Of a stretch of 29,821 nt of DNA, positions 1-8,211 are shown in pieces. The stretch comes from Sedimentisphaerales bacterium. Its GTDB lineage: Bacteria; Planctomycetota; Phycisphaerae; Sedimentisphaerales; Anaerobacaceae. Under the pieces are notes generated by a model that was not told where the DNA came from, ran no database searches, and saw nothing but the letters and a program-made list of their open reading frames with translations. The translations under genes and the position numbers were made by a program. Where the stretch lies: assembly GCA_037380865.1 (NCBI GenBank), contig JARRRJ010000046.1:1-29821 (forward strand), given 5' to 3'. How positions within the stretch are numbered: the stretch's first letter is position 1; each line of letters starts with the position of its first letter.

Positions 1-702
1 AGGGCAAAGTGGATATGGCATTCGATGACCGGCACCGAAACGGATACCATAAAAATGGAAAACCAGGTGGGCCGGGATTTGGCGCACGAGATACGAAACC
101 AGGCTGAACTTGACAAGGATTCCCGAATCGAGCAGATACTGAATGAAACAGGATTTCGCCTTTCCAGATGCGTCGCAAATGAGTCGCGCACATTCAGTTT
201 CGAAGCTCTCTCGGGCGGTGAACCTAACGCGTTTGCGCTGCCGGGGGGATTCATTTTTGTAACACGTTCGATCATAGAATTATGCCAGTGGGACAGAGAC
301 GAAACTGCTTTTGTTATCGCGCATGAAATGGCTCACGTGATTCGCAAGCATGCGATAAATCGCCTGATGCGCGACTTTGCGGTTAACGCCGCTTCGCGAG
401 TTGTGCCTTCTCGCGGCGCGATTACAGGCTGGGTCAAAAACGTCGGGGTGAAGTATCTTGAAAGCGCCTATTCCCAGGAGCTTGAGTTTCAGGCTGACAA
501 GCTTGGAGTTCGCCTGGTTGAAGCGGCAGGCTTCGCGCCAGAGAGTTCCATAACGTTGCTAAGACGTCTGGGTAATCTGAAATCATCCGAAAATCGAATC
601 GATATCGGAGATTATTTTTCAACACATCCGCCTTTCGAGGAGCGTGTCCGCAATATTAACGAGCAGATAAAGATGCTGAAAGGCGGTTCTAAGAATCTAT
701 AA
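1..702 (+). CDS. M48-family zinc metallopeptidase (BepA/YfgC/Oma1-like), 5'-truncated at the window edge
   Basis: Frame is open from base 1 (RAKWIWHSMTG...). Motifs NAFALPGG, HEMAH (HEXXH), YSQELEFQAD (third Zn ligand) and C-terminal STHP. Confidence 0.9.
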   Translation, partial: RAKWIWHSMTGTETDTIKMENQVGRDLAHEIRNQAELDKDSRIEQILNETGFRLSRCVANESRTFSFEALSGGEPNAFALPGGFIFVTRSIIELCQWDRDETAFVIAHEMAHVIRKHAINRLMRDFAVNAASRVVPSRGAITGWVKNVGVKYLESAYSQELEFQADKLGVRLVEAAGFAPESSITLLRRLGNLKSSENRIDIGDYFSTHPPFEERVRNINEQIKMLKGGSKNL

Positions 703-721
703 TAAAAAGAACTTTTAAGGA

Positions 722-772
722 GCGGCATGGGCTTCCTCTCCATGCGTTCGCGGGCAAGATGCCCGCGGCACG
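722..772. repeat. REP-like double palindrome between convergent genes
   Basis: GCATGG-n9-CCATGC (725-745) followed by GCGGGC-AAGAT-GCCCGC (750-766). Shares the GCGGCATGGGC head with 14961-14987 and 29523-29549 (reverse complement). Confidence 0.7.
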
Positions 773-790
773 ATTCTTTTATTTGAGCTT

Positions 791-3043
791 CTAAGTGAGG
801 GCGGCTTTCATTTTCAAAACATCAGCGTCAAACTCTACGGAGTAAGTGTGACCAGGCTGTTTTTGAGATAGTATCAGGTCTTCTGGTTTAATATTTTCAT
901 TGCTGCCTGATAGTCTGCGGACCTTTTCGACCCACGCAATCAAAGCATTTACCACGTCGGGATCGAAGTCATATTCGGATGAATCAGCGAGTATTTCTAT
1001 TGCTTCTTCAAGGGTTCTGGATTTGTGATATGCTCTGTTGGAAGTGAGCGCGTCGAACGAGTCAGCTACGGCTAAAATCCTTGCACCGATCGGGATTGCA
1101 GTCCTGGAGAGACCGTCGGGATAACCCTGGCCGTTCCACTTTTCGTGATGGCCGCGGATAATGGCAACTTCGTCTTCGAGAAAACTCATTTTCTCGAGTA
1201 TGCGGACTGCTATAAGCGGATGCTGCTCGATTATGCTTTTCTCTCGCGGTGTAAGTCGATCAGGCTTGGCTAAAATCGCATCCGGGACGCCGATTTTTCC
1301 GATGTCGTGTATCATTGCGGCACGTCGGATTATTTCTATCTTCTTATTGGCGATGTTCATTGCCTTGGCAATCCCGATAGTATAGTACATTACGTTCTCG
1401 GAGTGCCTTCTTACGTGGGGATCTTTTGCTTCGAGTGCCTGTACAAGTCCCCAGATGCTCTGTATGAACATGTTTTCCGCCTGCTCGGAGAGTCCTGCGA
1501 CACGCCTTTTCAGTTTCTTTATTTTTTCAATCTCGATGTCGTCTGTGCTTAGAATCTTTGACATGTTTTTATTCCAGAGCTTGACGCAGTTTCGACCGGC
1601 GCTTTTCGCTTCGTAGAGAGCCAGGTCAGCCCTTCGTATGACTTCGCTTGAGCCATGGTCGCTCTCAGGCGCACTCTGTGCTATCCCGCTGCTTATTGTC
1701 ATCGAGATATTTTCCGCTACGTGGATTTTCTGGACTTCGGCGCGAATCCTTTCCATTAGTTTGAAGGCATCCTCGGCTTTTGTTTCAGGCATTAGTATAA
1801 CGAATTCATCTCCTCCGTACCTTGCGAGCACGTCAGGATTTCTTTTCTGTTGTTTCATGCAGACAGCAAGTTTCCTGAGTGCGTCGTCACCTGTAGCATG
1901 GCCCAATACATCATTAATTGTTTTAAAATTGTCGAGGTCTATAATTGATATCGAAAACGGACGCTTGTATCTTTTTGCTCTTGCAGCTTCAGCCTGAAGC
2001 CTGTCTTCGAGAAGCTTCCTGGAGCCGACGCCGGTTAAAGCGTCTGTAAGAGATGTCAATCTTGCTCGCTGATACAAGCTTGCGTTCGTGAGGTGAGAAG
2101 TCAGAATCTCCTTAGTAAGGTTTGCTTTGTAGCAAATAAGCTCCCTGTTGATATTCTGCCTGTCAGCCAGGTCGCACATGCACAAATAACCGGTCATCTG
2201 GTCGTTTTGCACCGATGATTTGTCCTTTATGTCAACAAAAGTCCCTCTCTTTGTTTTGCCTAACATGAACGGCGAACCAGAGAAGTCTTTTCTCTTTCCC
2301 TTATGTCCCGATATCGTCAAAGGAATAACTAGTCTCGGTCCCTCCACGCCCGATTTTTCGCAATCTTCAGGAAGAATGTCATAAGTGAACTGCTCATCCT
2401 GCAGAATTTCTCCGAGAATGGATTTCGAAGGCAGCAATGAAACTGTCGGAGCGATGCAGCTAAGGATTTCCTCCGAGCACAGGCATTCATTGAGACTTGA
2501 CAGAGCCGGCATTTCCATTGCAGGATCGTCTTTAAACAGGCAAAGCGCGCATCTGTTGGCCTGGAAGATTTTCGGAACTTCCTTTGCAACAATCTCCGCT
2601 GCTTCGTTAAGGTCTATACTTTTGAGACAGGCTGAAAGCATCGCAACTTCTTTCGCTGCCGCACGGTCCTCGAGAAGCTGCTGCTGCATAAGGTCGCGTG
2701 CTGTGTATATGCCTACGACAATGTCAGCGTCCACTATCGGCAAATGACGAATTCCGTGGGCAGTCATGATTTCCCTTGCCTTGCTGGTAGGTGTGTCCGG
2801 GGGACATGAGACAACTTTTGCAGTCATTATTTGTGCTACGATAGTATTTGGAAGGTCTTTTGGAGAAACTGCTACGCAATTGGCGATATCGCGCTCCGTG
2901 AGCAAACCCACAAACCTGCTTTGCTCATCATTGACGATCAGGCAGCTTATTTTTTCTGCTCTCATTTTTGCTGCCGCGGCAACAACGTTTTCGTTATGGT
3001 CTATAGCTATTACTTCTACAGGTTTTCGGAGAGGTCCATTCAT
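791..3043 (-). CDS. CBS-pair / GAF-like / GGDEF / HD-GYP c-di-GMP turnover protein (750 aa)
   Basis: N-terminal CBS pair (GLLTERDI; IRHLPIVD). DALTG, DLDNFKTINDVLGHATGD, RNPD-VLARY-GGDEF. HDIGKIG and HHEKWNGQGYPDGL. Confidence 0.93.
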   Translation of the reverse strand: MNGPLRKPVEVIAIDHNENVVAAAAKMRAEKISCLIVNDEQSRFVGLLTERDIANCVAVSPKDLPNTIVAQIMTAKVVSCPPDTPTSKAREIMTAHGIRHLPIVDADIVVGIYTARDLMQQQLLEDRAAAKEVAMLSACLKSIDLNEAAEIVAKEVPKIFQANRCALCLFKDDPAMEMPALSSLNECLCSEEILSCIAPTVSLLPSKSILGEILQDEQFTYDILPEDCEKSGVEGPRLVIPLTISGHKGKRKDFSGSPFMLGKTKRGTFVDIKDKSSVQNDQMTGYLCMCDLADRQNINRELICYKANLTKEILTSHLTNASLYQRARLTSLTDALTGVGSRKLLEDRLQAEAARAKRYKRPFSISIIDLDNFKTINDVLGHATGDDALRKLAVCMKQQKRNPDVLARYGGDEFVILMPETKAEDAFKLMERIRAEVQKIHVAENISMTISSGIAQSAPESDHGSSEVIRRADLALYEAKSAGRNCVKLWNKNMSKILSTDDIEIEKIKKLKRRVAGLSEQAENMFIQSIWGLVQALEAKDPHVRRHSENVMYYTIGIAKAMNIANKKIEIIRRAAMIHDIGKIGVPDAILAKPDRLTPREKSIIEQHPLIAVRILEKMSFLEDEVAIIRGHHEKWNGQGYPDGLSRTAIPIGARILAVADSFDALTSNRAYHKSRTLEEAIEILADSSEYDFDPDVVNALIAWVEKVRRLSGSNENIKPEDLILSQKQPGHTYSVEFDADVLKMKAALT

Positions 3044-3144
3044 TTCTTAATCCTTTTTGAATGACTGTTTTCTTATTCATATTTGCACATTCATAGCTGT
3101 AGTCTACAGAGTCAGACCCTGTTCCTGCTCTATACAGGTAAAAT

Positions 3145-3172
3145 CTATCGACATAAAATCAGGGTGACTTTA
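3145..3172 (-). promoter_or_regulatory. Candidate sigma-28 (FliA/SigD-type) promoter
   Basis: Minus strand TAAAGTCA-N12-GTCGATAG about 100 bp upstream of the GGDEF/HD-GYP start. Resembles the TAAAGTTT-N11/12-GCCGATAA consensus. Confidence 0.4.
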
Positions 3173-3276
3173 TGCAGATATTGGCCTTTAAGTCACCATA
3201 AATAAGTATCCAGCGGGGAAACATTCCGATAATGTTCGTAGACATCATAAGCAAGTGTCCCTGTGTCCGGCGTTAT

Positions 3277-4227
3277 CTATTTTTTAGTATTGTTAAAGAA
3301 GCCTACAGTGGATGCCATAATTCTGTCTCGAAACGAATGTTCTTCGACAGTCTTCTGCTGTCTCAGGTCCTTGAGATTAGCTCTGCAGAAGTGACATCCG
3401 AGTGTAGTAAGATGTAAATCGATATAGTCGAACCACTCCGGGTCGAGTTTTTCCAGGAGGAAAGCACCGATTGTGCTGCGTTTCGGGCACGTGATTCGCT
3501 GAGACTCCCACGTAGTTGTGAGAAGATTCTCGAAGTTGGAATAAGGGAAGTCTTTGGAAGCACCGAGCTCCTCGACATTCTTTCGTAAATGCCTGAGACA
3601 GCGATACTTGAAGGCTCTTATAGTCGATTCTTCGACCTTCACAAGCTCCGCCGCAGTCGAAACTGATACACCACAATACAGCAGGAGCTCTATGATTTTA
3701 AGATTCCTGAATTTAAGCTCGTCCTTGAAACTCCTGCATAGTGTCACCAGGGCCCGGGCAAGGATGTTCTGCTGAATCTGATATTGCTCGTTTTGGCTTA
3801 CAATCCAGCTCTCCGAAGATCGCGGCGACGCTATTTCCACAACCGCGTCCGATTCGTTTTCATCTTGTGAAGAATAATAAACGTCCTGAAGAAGGCTTAT
3901 CGATTTGCTCCTGCTGCTTCGGTACTTGTCGATTATCTTGTTGCGCAGGATGGTGAATAAATACGTTTCAAGATTCACTTCGCCGCGATAATTTTCCAAA
4001 CCTTTAATGAACGAAATAAATGTTTCCTGGATAACATCTTCTGCATCTTCGCGCCTGCGCAGCTTCGATATCGCGAAGTTCAGAAGCCTTCGCTGGTATT
4101 GCTCGATAAGAGAAGCCCAGGCATTTTCTCGCTTCTGACGAATAGCATCCAGCAATTCCTGCTCTGCCTGCTCGCTGCTCAGCTCTGCTTCTCTGCTTAA
4201 CGGTAATTCTATATTGTCCCCGAACAT
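3277..4227 (-). CDS. ECF sigma factor with C-terminal extension ending in a ZAS-like zinc motif (316 aa)
   Basis: Region 2 (AWASLIEQYQRRLLNFA, EDAEDVIQETF, YLFTILRNKIID), region 4-like HTH, then C-x24-H-x5-C-x2-C (CPKRS...HLTTLGCHFC). Confidence 0.85.
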   Translation of the reverse strand: MFGDNIELPLSREAELSSEQAEQELLDAIRQKRENAWASLIEQYQRRLLNFAISKLRRREDAEDVIQETFISFIKGLENYRGEVNLETYLFTILRNKIIDKYRSSRSKSISLLQDVYYSSQDENESDAVVEIASPRSSESWIVSQNEQYQIQQNILARALVTLCRSFKDELKFRNLKIIELLLYCGVSVSTAAELVKVEESTIRAFKYRCLRHLRKNVEELGASKDFPYSNFENLLTTTWESQRITCPKRSTIGAFLLEKLDPEWFDYIDLHLTTLGCHFCRANLKDLRQQKTVEEHSFRDRIMASTVGFFNNTKK

Positions 4228-4342
4228 TTACTTTCTTTCCCTTTATATGAGATATATAGTAATTCTCTCAAAAACAGAAGGATATTTCAAGAAAAAAGAA
4301 ACTGGGGCACTTGTTCTTCTCAGCACGAAAGAATAACATCAG

Positions 4343-4453
4343 TCAGTTCGAGCGAGTCAATTTGACTGGTCCGAGGTAGTGGTCGAGCCAATTCAGGGTT
4401 TCCTCGTAGATTCTTTCTGTCGGGAGGTGGCCTCCCTTAATCAGAATATGTTT
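4343..4453 (-). pseudogene. Detached true C-terminus of the kinase-hydrolase gene
   Basis: Minus strand reads KHILIKGGHLPTERIYEETLNWLDHYLGPVKLTRSN*. This is a typical end of this hydrolase domain and includes the likely catalytic His. It is out of frame with 4558..7569. Confidence 0.8.
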
Positions 4454-4570
4454 AACTTATTGGGAACACCAAAAGAAGACAAGAAACATATTCTGATTAA
4501 GGGAGGCCACCTCCCGACAGAAAGAATCTACGAGGAAACCCTGAATTGGCTCGACCACTACCTCGGACCA
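4367..4570. repeat. Perfect 87-bp inverted repeat (4367-4453 / 4484-4570) around a 30-bp spacer
   Basis: Checked base by base: the reverse complement of 4484-4570 is identical to 4367-4453. Flanking bases do not pair. Confidence 0.97.
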
Positions 4571-7569
4571 CGAGACCTCTCGAAATAGAAACCTGCTCCG
4601 ATAAGAACACACGTGCTGATTCGTTCTTCGACAGCGGGGAAAATGGCTCCGAGAACCGCGCCCCAGCTCAGACCGTAGAAACCAATTTTATCATGCTGAA
4701 TATCATCGCGAAGCTCGAGGTAATCGATAGACCTGCTTAAATCTTTTGACCACCAGATCACATGGTTCCTGTAATTCCTCGACATATCAGGCCGATTTGT
4801 AGGCAAACCTGTAGTGCGTTCATAGGTACCTTTATATATGGGATAAGCAACCGCCCGGCCGCTCCTGACTATGAATTCAGGAAGGCCGCGGCCCTCGAAA
4901 TCACGAAGGAAAAGAGCTGAGCTTCCCGGGAAATAAAAAACCACCTGGTATGGAGGCTCTGTGTTTTTGGGCAGATAAAGATGCAGATTCATTCGTTCGT
5001 TTCCGTACGCCGCATCGATTCCGATGGTCTCATGTATCCATTCGTCAGGCGTGTCATCCCTGTCTATTACAACAGGATTCAGGTCACTTTCGTCATAAGA
5101 ATAAAGCATCGTTTTATAAGTGAGGAATTCTTCTTCGGAGACAGGCGTTTCTTTCGAATAGTCTCTCACCTGGGTAACGACAGGCGCATATGCAATTGAA
5201 GGAACTGTGCTGTTCGGTAAAATCTGCATGCAGCGAAATCCGTTTTCCGTTGAGCGGTCTAAAGGATCAAATTTAATTGCGCCTGCGAACTTATATACGG
5301 GGTCATTAAATGCGCCGCCTAAAATATATCTTGTATTGTTATCGGCTTCGTTCCAGCACCATTCACGAACATTTCCCGGCATATCGTACGTGCCGAAATT
5401 GCCAAGGCTTGCATATTGATTGATTGATGCTATACTTTTGCCATCAAAATTGCTGAATGGTAAAATAGTGCCCGCGTACGTTCCGAGAGTGACACCAGCG
5501 TTGGTCCAATGGTATATAGTCGGTAATTGCTTTCCAACAAATTCAGCGTAGGCAGCCGCTTCGTACCACGAGATGCCGCCGACAGGATAATTGTCCATGC
5601 CTTCTGCGTAATGACTATTCAACCACGTTGACGGGCCTGGCTGACCTGTACTATCGCGAAATTCTTTCATTGCATCGGCCCATGAGATTGTCTGACCATC
5701 CCTGATAAATTCCTGTTTCCAGTACTTCTCATTTTGGTAGCCTCCGACAGCTACAAATTCCTGAAATTCTTTATTTGTAACCTCAAAACGGTCCAAATAA
5801 TAATCAGGCATATCGACAGAGAACTGACTCAATCCGACAAGAGCAAGCGTATAGGAACCTCCTGAGACCCGGACCATGCCCGGCGGAGTTATGTTGGTTC
5901 TTTCGAGTATGAAATTCATCACTTCGTTGGCAGAATCTCGAAATTCGAGCGTTGTATATCCCTGTTTTACAATGCGCCAGCGATAAAGTCCCTGCGCGAG
6001 ACTCAAATTTTTAAGGGGAGTCTTCCCAAGCTTTGTCCAGTTCTCATCCGGCAGGCTGTAAGGTTTGATATAAATCTCAGCATTCGAGGGATTAGTACGA
6101 ATTGAAACGAGTTTTGTAAATTCGGACAGCAAAGACGCAAGCCTGGGATCGCGCGGTGCAAAGAATCGAGCCTTCTTTGCCAGCGCAAATGCATCGAGGT
6201 ATTGGCCGTTATCGACGAGTTTCCTGATTTCAGGTAAAGCAGTTTTTTGCACCCATTGAGATGTGAAATACTTCCATCCCGTCAAAATTACAATTGCGGT
6301 CATGACCGTTATTACTGCAACGAGACTCGACAATACTTTGTGCCTGCGCACGAACTTCACTGCTCTTTCGACAGGCCCTGTTCTTTTTGCAGTAATTGCA
6401 TAGCGATTCACATAGCGTCTTAAATCCTCAGCCATCCGGCTAGCGCTCTTGTAACGCTGCTTCGGGTCTTTCTCCATCGCTTTGCAGCAGATGGTCTCCA
6501 AATCCCGAGGTATTCGATTATCGATCTTTCTTGGCCGGATAAGCTCCTCTTGGAGAATTTGCGTGACAACCTGCTCGCGTGTCTCACCTGAAAAGGGAGT
6601 TTCGAGAGTCAGTAATTCATAAAGTGTCACACCCAGCGAATAAATATCCGTTGCATGGTCCACTTCGCCTTTCGACCCTTTAATCTGCTCGGGACTCATA
6701 TAGCGTGGAGTTCCCATAAAACAGCCGGTGACAGTCACGCTCGGCTCTTCGAGTACTCGCGCCAGCCCGAAGTCCATGAGTTTTATCCGGCCGTCGGTAC
6801 CGAGAATTAAATTGGATGGCTTGATGTCCCTGTGTATTATGCTGTTCTTATGAGCGTATGCAAGGGCGTCCGCAACGTCTGCTGCCAATTTCGCAATCGA
6901 ATCGAAATGCTCCTGTGAAGATTCAGTTTTACCCAGTGATGTTCTGGTTCGCGAAATACCTGATGAAGAAACGTAGTCAGGGTGCGAATCGGTAACGAAA
7001 AATCCGCTCGATAAAACTGTCTTAATGTTGTCACTGCCTTTTACTTTCAGTTGGCTGATAATTTGTTCGAGTGTGCTGCCTTCGATTAATTCCATCGCGT
7101 AGTAGCAAGTCTGACCTTCCTGTCCCTCTGCGTAAATCGCGACAATATTCGTATGATGAAGTTTTGCGGCTGCTCTCGCTTCCCGATGAAATCGCTCAAC
7201 TGCTTCCGCGGTAGTCAACAAACCCGCTGACATAACTTTCAGGGCCACCTTGCGTTTCAAAGACTTCTGGCGCGCCTGGTAGACTGTTCCCATCCCGCCG
7301 GAGCCAAGCTTCTTTTCGATTACGAAATCGCCTATCCGAACGTTGGGTTCGAGTCGCCCGTCAATCTGGTTAACATCAAGAATATCTTTATTTTGTGTTC
7401 CTTCGGAAGTTTGTTTTTGAATGTCTTTATCGTTTGTCTGAAGCCGAATTAAATGGGCCGCACACGTATCGCATTCTCGCAGATGACGCCTCCACCTGGT
7501 CAGCTGCTCAGCCTGCGCAGAGCCGCTAAGAATCGCCTGGAACGCTTTTTCAGACAGGCAAGTTTTCAT
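4558..7569 (-). CDS. ZAS - Ser/Thr protein kinase - TM - FGE/sulfatase-modifying-like - alpha/beta hydrolase fusion, 3' end disrupted
   Basis: C-x24-H-x3-C-x2-C at the N-terminus. Kinase motifs LGSGGMG, VALK, HRDIKPSN, DFG, GTPRYMSPEQ. One TM (VLSSLVAVITVMTAIVIL). FGE motifs FEVTN, DMPGNVREWC, GFRC. Hydrolase GLSWG. Ends prematurely at GPR* inside the inverted repeat. Confidence 0.9.
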   Translation of the reverse strand: MKTCLSEKAFQAILSGSAQAEQLTRWRRHLRECDTCAAHLIRLQTNDKDIQKQTSEGTQNKDILDVNQIDGRLEPNVRIGDFVIEKKLGSGGMGTVYQARQKSLKRKVALKVMSAGLLTTAEAVERFHREARAAAKLHHTNIVAIYAEGQEGQTCYYAMELIEGSTLEQIISQLKVKGSDNIKTVLSSGFFVTDSHPDYVSSSGISRTRTSLGKTESSQEHFDSIAKLAADVADALAYAHKNSIIHRDIKPSNLILGTDGRIKLMDFGLARVLEEPSVTVTGCFMGTPRYMSPEQIKGSKGEVDHATDIYSLGVTLYELLTLETPFSGETREQVVTQILQEELIRPRKIDNRIPRDLETICCKAMEKDPKQRYKSASRMAEDLRRYVNRYAITAKRTGPVERAVKFVRRHKVLSSLVAVITVMTAIVILTGWKYFTSQWVQKTALPEIRKLVDNGQYLDAFALAKKARFFAPRDPRLASLLSEFTKLVSIRTNPSNAEIYIKPYSLPDENWTKLGKTPLKNLSLAQGLYRWRIVKQGYTTLEFRDSANEVMNFILERTNITPPGMVRVSGGSYTLALVGLSQFSVDMPDYYLDRFEVTNKEFQEFVAVGGYQNEKYWKQEFIRDGQTISWADAMKEFRDSTGQPGPSTWLNSHYAEGMDNYPVGGISWYEAAAYAEFVGKQLPTIYHWTNAGVTLGTYAGTILPFSNFDGKSIASINQYASLGNFGTYDMPGNVREWCWNEADNNTRYILGGAFNDPVYKFAGAIKFDPLDRSTENGFRCMQILPNSTVPSIAYAPVVTQVRDYSKETPVSEEEFLTYKTMLYSYDESDLNPVVIDRDDTPDEWIHETIGIDAAYGNERMNLHLYLPKNTEPPYQVVFYFPGSSALFLRDFEGRGLPEFIVRSGRAVAYPIYKGTYERTTGLPTNRPDMSRNYRNHVIWWSKDLSRSIDYLELRDDIQHDKIGFYGLSWGAVLGAIFPAVEERISTCVLIGAGFYFERSRGPR

Positions 7570-7617
7570 ACAAATCTCATACCCTCAATTATCTTTCATA
7601 TTTATCTTACCTTGATA

Positions 7618-7645
7618 TAGACGTAAAGATAGCAGATTTGTGACA
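7618..7645 (-). promoter_or_regulatory. ECF-type promoter TGTCAC-N16-CGTCTA upstream of the kinase gene
   Basis: Same -35 (TGTCACAA), spacing and -10 core (CGTC) as the site at 11849-11876. Confidence 0.6.
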
Positions 7646-7682
7646 CAAATTTTACGAAAAATCCGCAAAGTTTTTGACAAAT

Positions 7683-8207
7683 TTACAGATTTTGGATTAT
7701 TTCAAATATTTTTCTATATGAGCTCACCAGAAAAGGAGTTATTTTACAATTGTCGCATGGCCAGTGAAATAGAATTTTCCGGTCTTCTTCATCGAGATTA
7801 TTCGGCGCATATGGTCTGACGATATACCCCTCGATGCAGCAGGGGGGATAACCAAAAAGAAAACCTTCGTATCGCTGCACATCAGCAGATTTTTCTATCG
7901 GTTTATTTTCGAATCTTTTTGAGTATAAGTCAAGATAAACAAAAGATTTACCGAAAACAGTCTCATTAACTTCCCGGCCCGTTTTTACTGTTCGCCTGAT
8001 TGATTTCGTATGCAGGCCCAACGCCTGAAGTAATTCCAGTTCTTTGTTTTCAAGAGGTTTTTCCCATCTGCTCAGAGGTTTTAGGCCTTCACGTGTAAGC
8101 AGTGCAAGATATGCTAATTCGAAATCGATTTTTTTCAAAGAAGCCAAATATCTCTCAATTCCGGAAAAATCGTTTTCCGTTTTTCTTCCTGTTTGCCGCT
8201 CACTCAT
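7683..8207 (-). CDS. Cys-rich hypothetical protein, DUF483-like (174 aa)
   Basis: GFLFGYPPCCI and FHWPCDNC motifs recall the GYPxCC signature of DUF483-type proteins (from memory, not searched). No signal peptide. Starts 4 nt after the upstream stop. Confidence 0.6.
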   Translation of the reverse strand: MSERQTGRKTENDFSGIERYLASLKKIDFELAYLALLTREGLKPLSRWEKPLENKELELLQALGLHTKSIRRTVKTGREVNETVFGKSFVYLDLYSKRFENKPIEKSADVQRYEGFLFGYPPCCIEGYIVRPYAPNNLDEEDRKILFHWPCDNCKITPFLVSSYRKIFEIIQNL

Positions 8208-8211
8208 CCAG

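Noticed and set aside
4367-4570. Invertible phase-variation switch
   Set aside because: Recombination between the arms would only flip the 30-bp loop and could not restore the lost coding segment. No recombinase gene is in the window.
4379-4588. 69-aa plus-strand ORF as an independent gene
   Set aside because: It is the inverted copy of the kinase-hydrolase C-terminus created by the hairpin.
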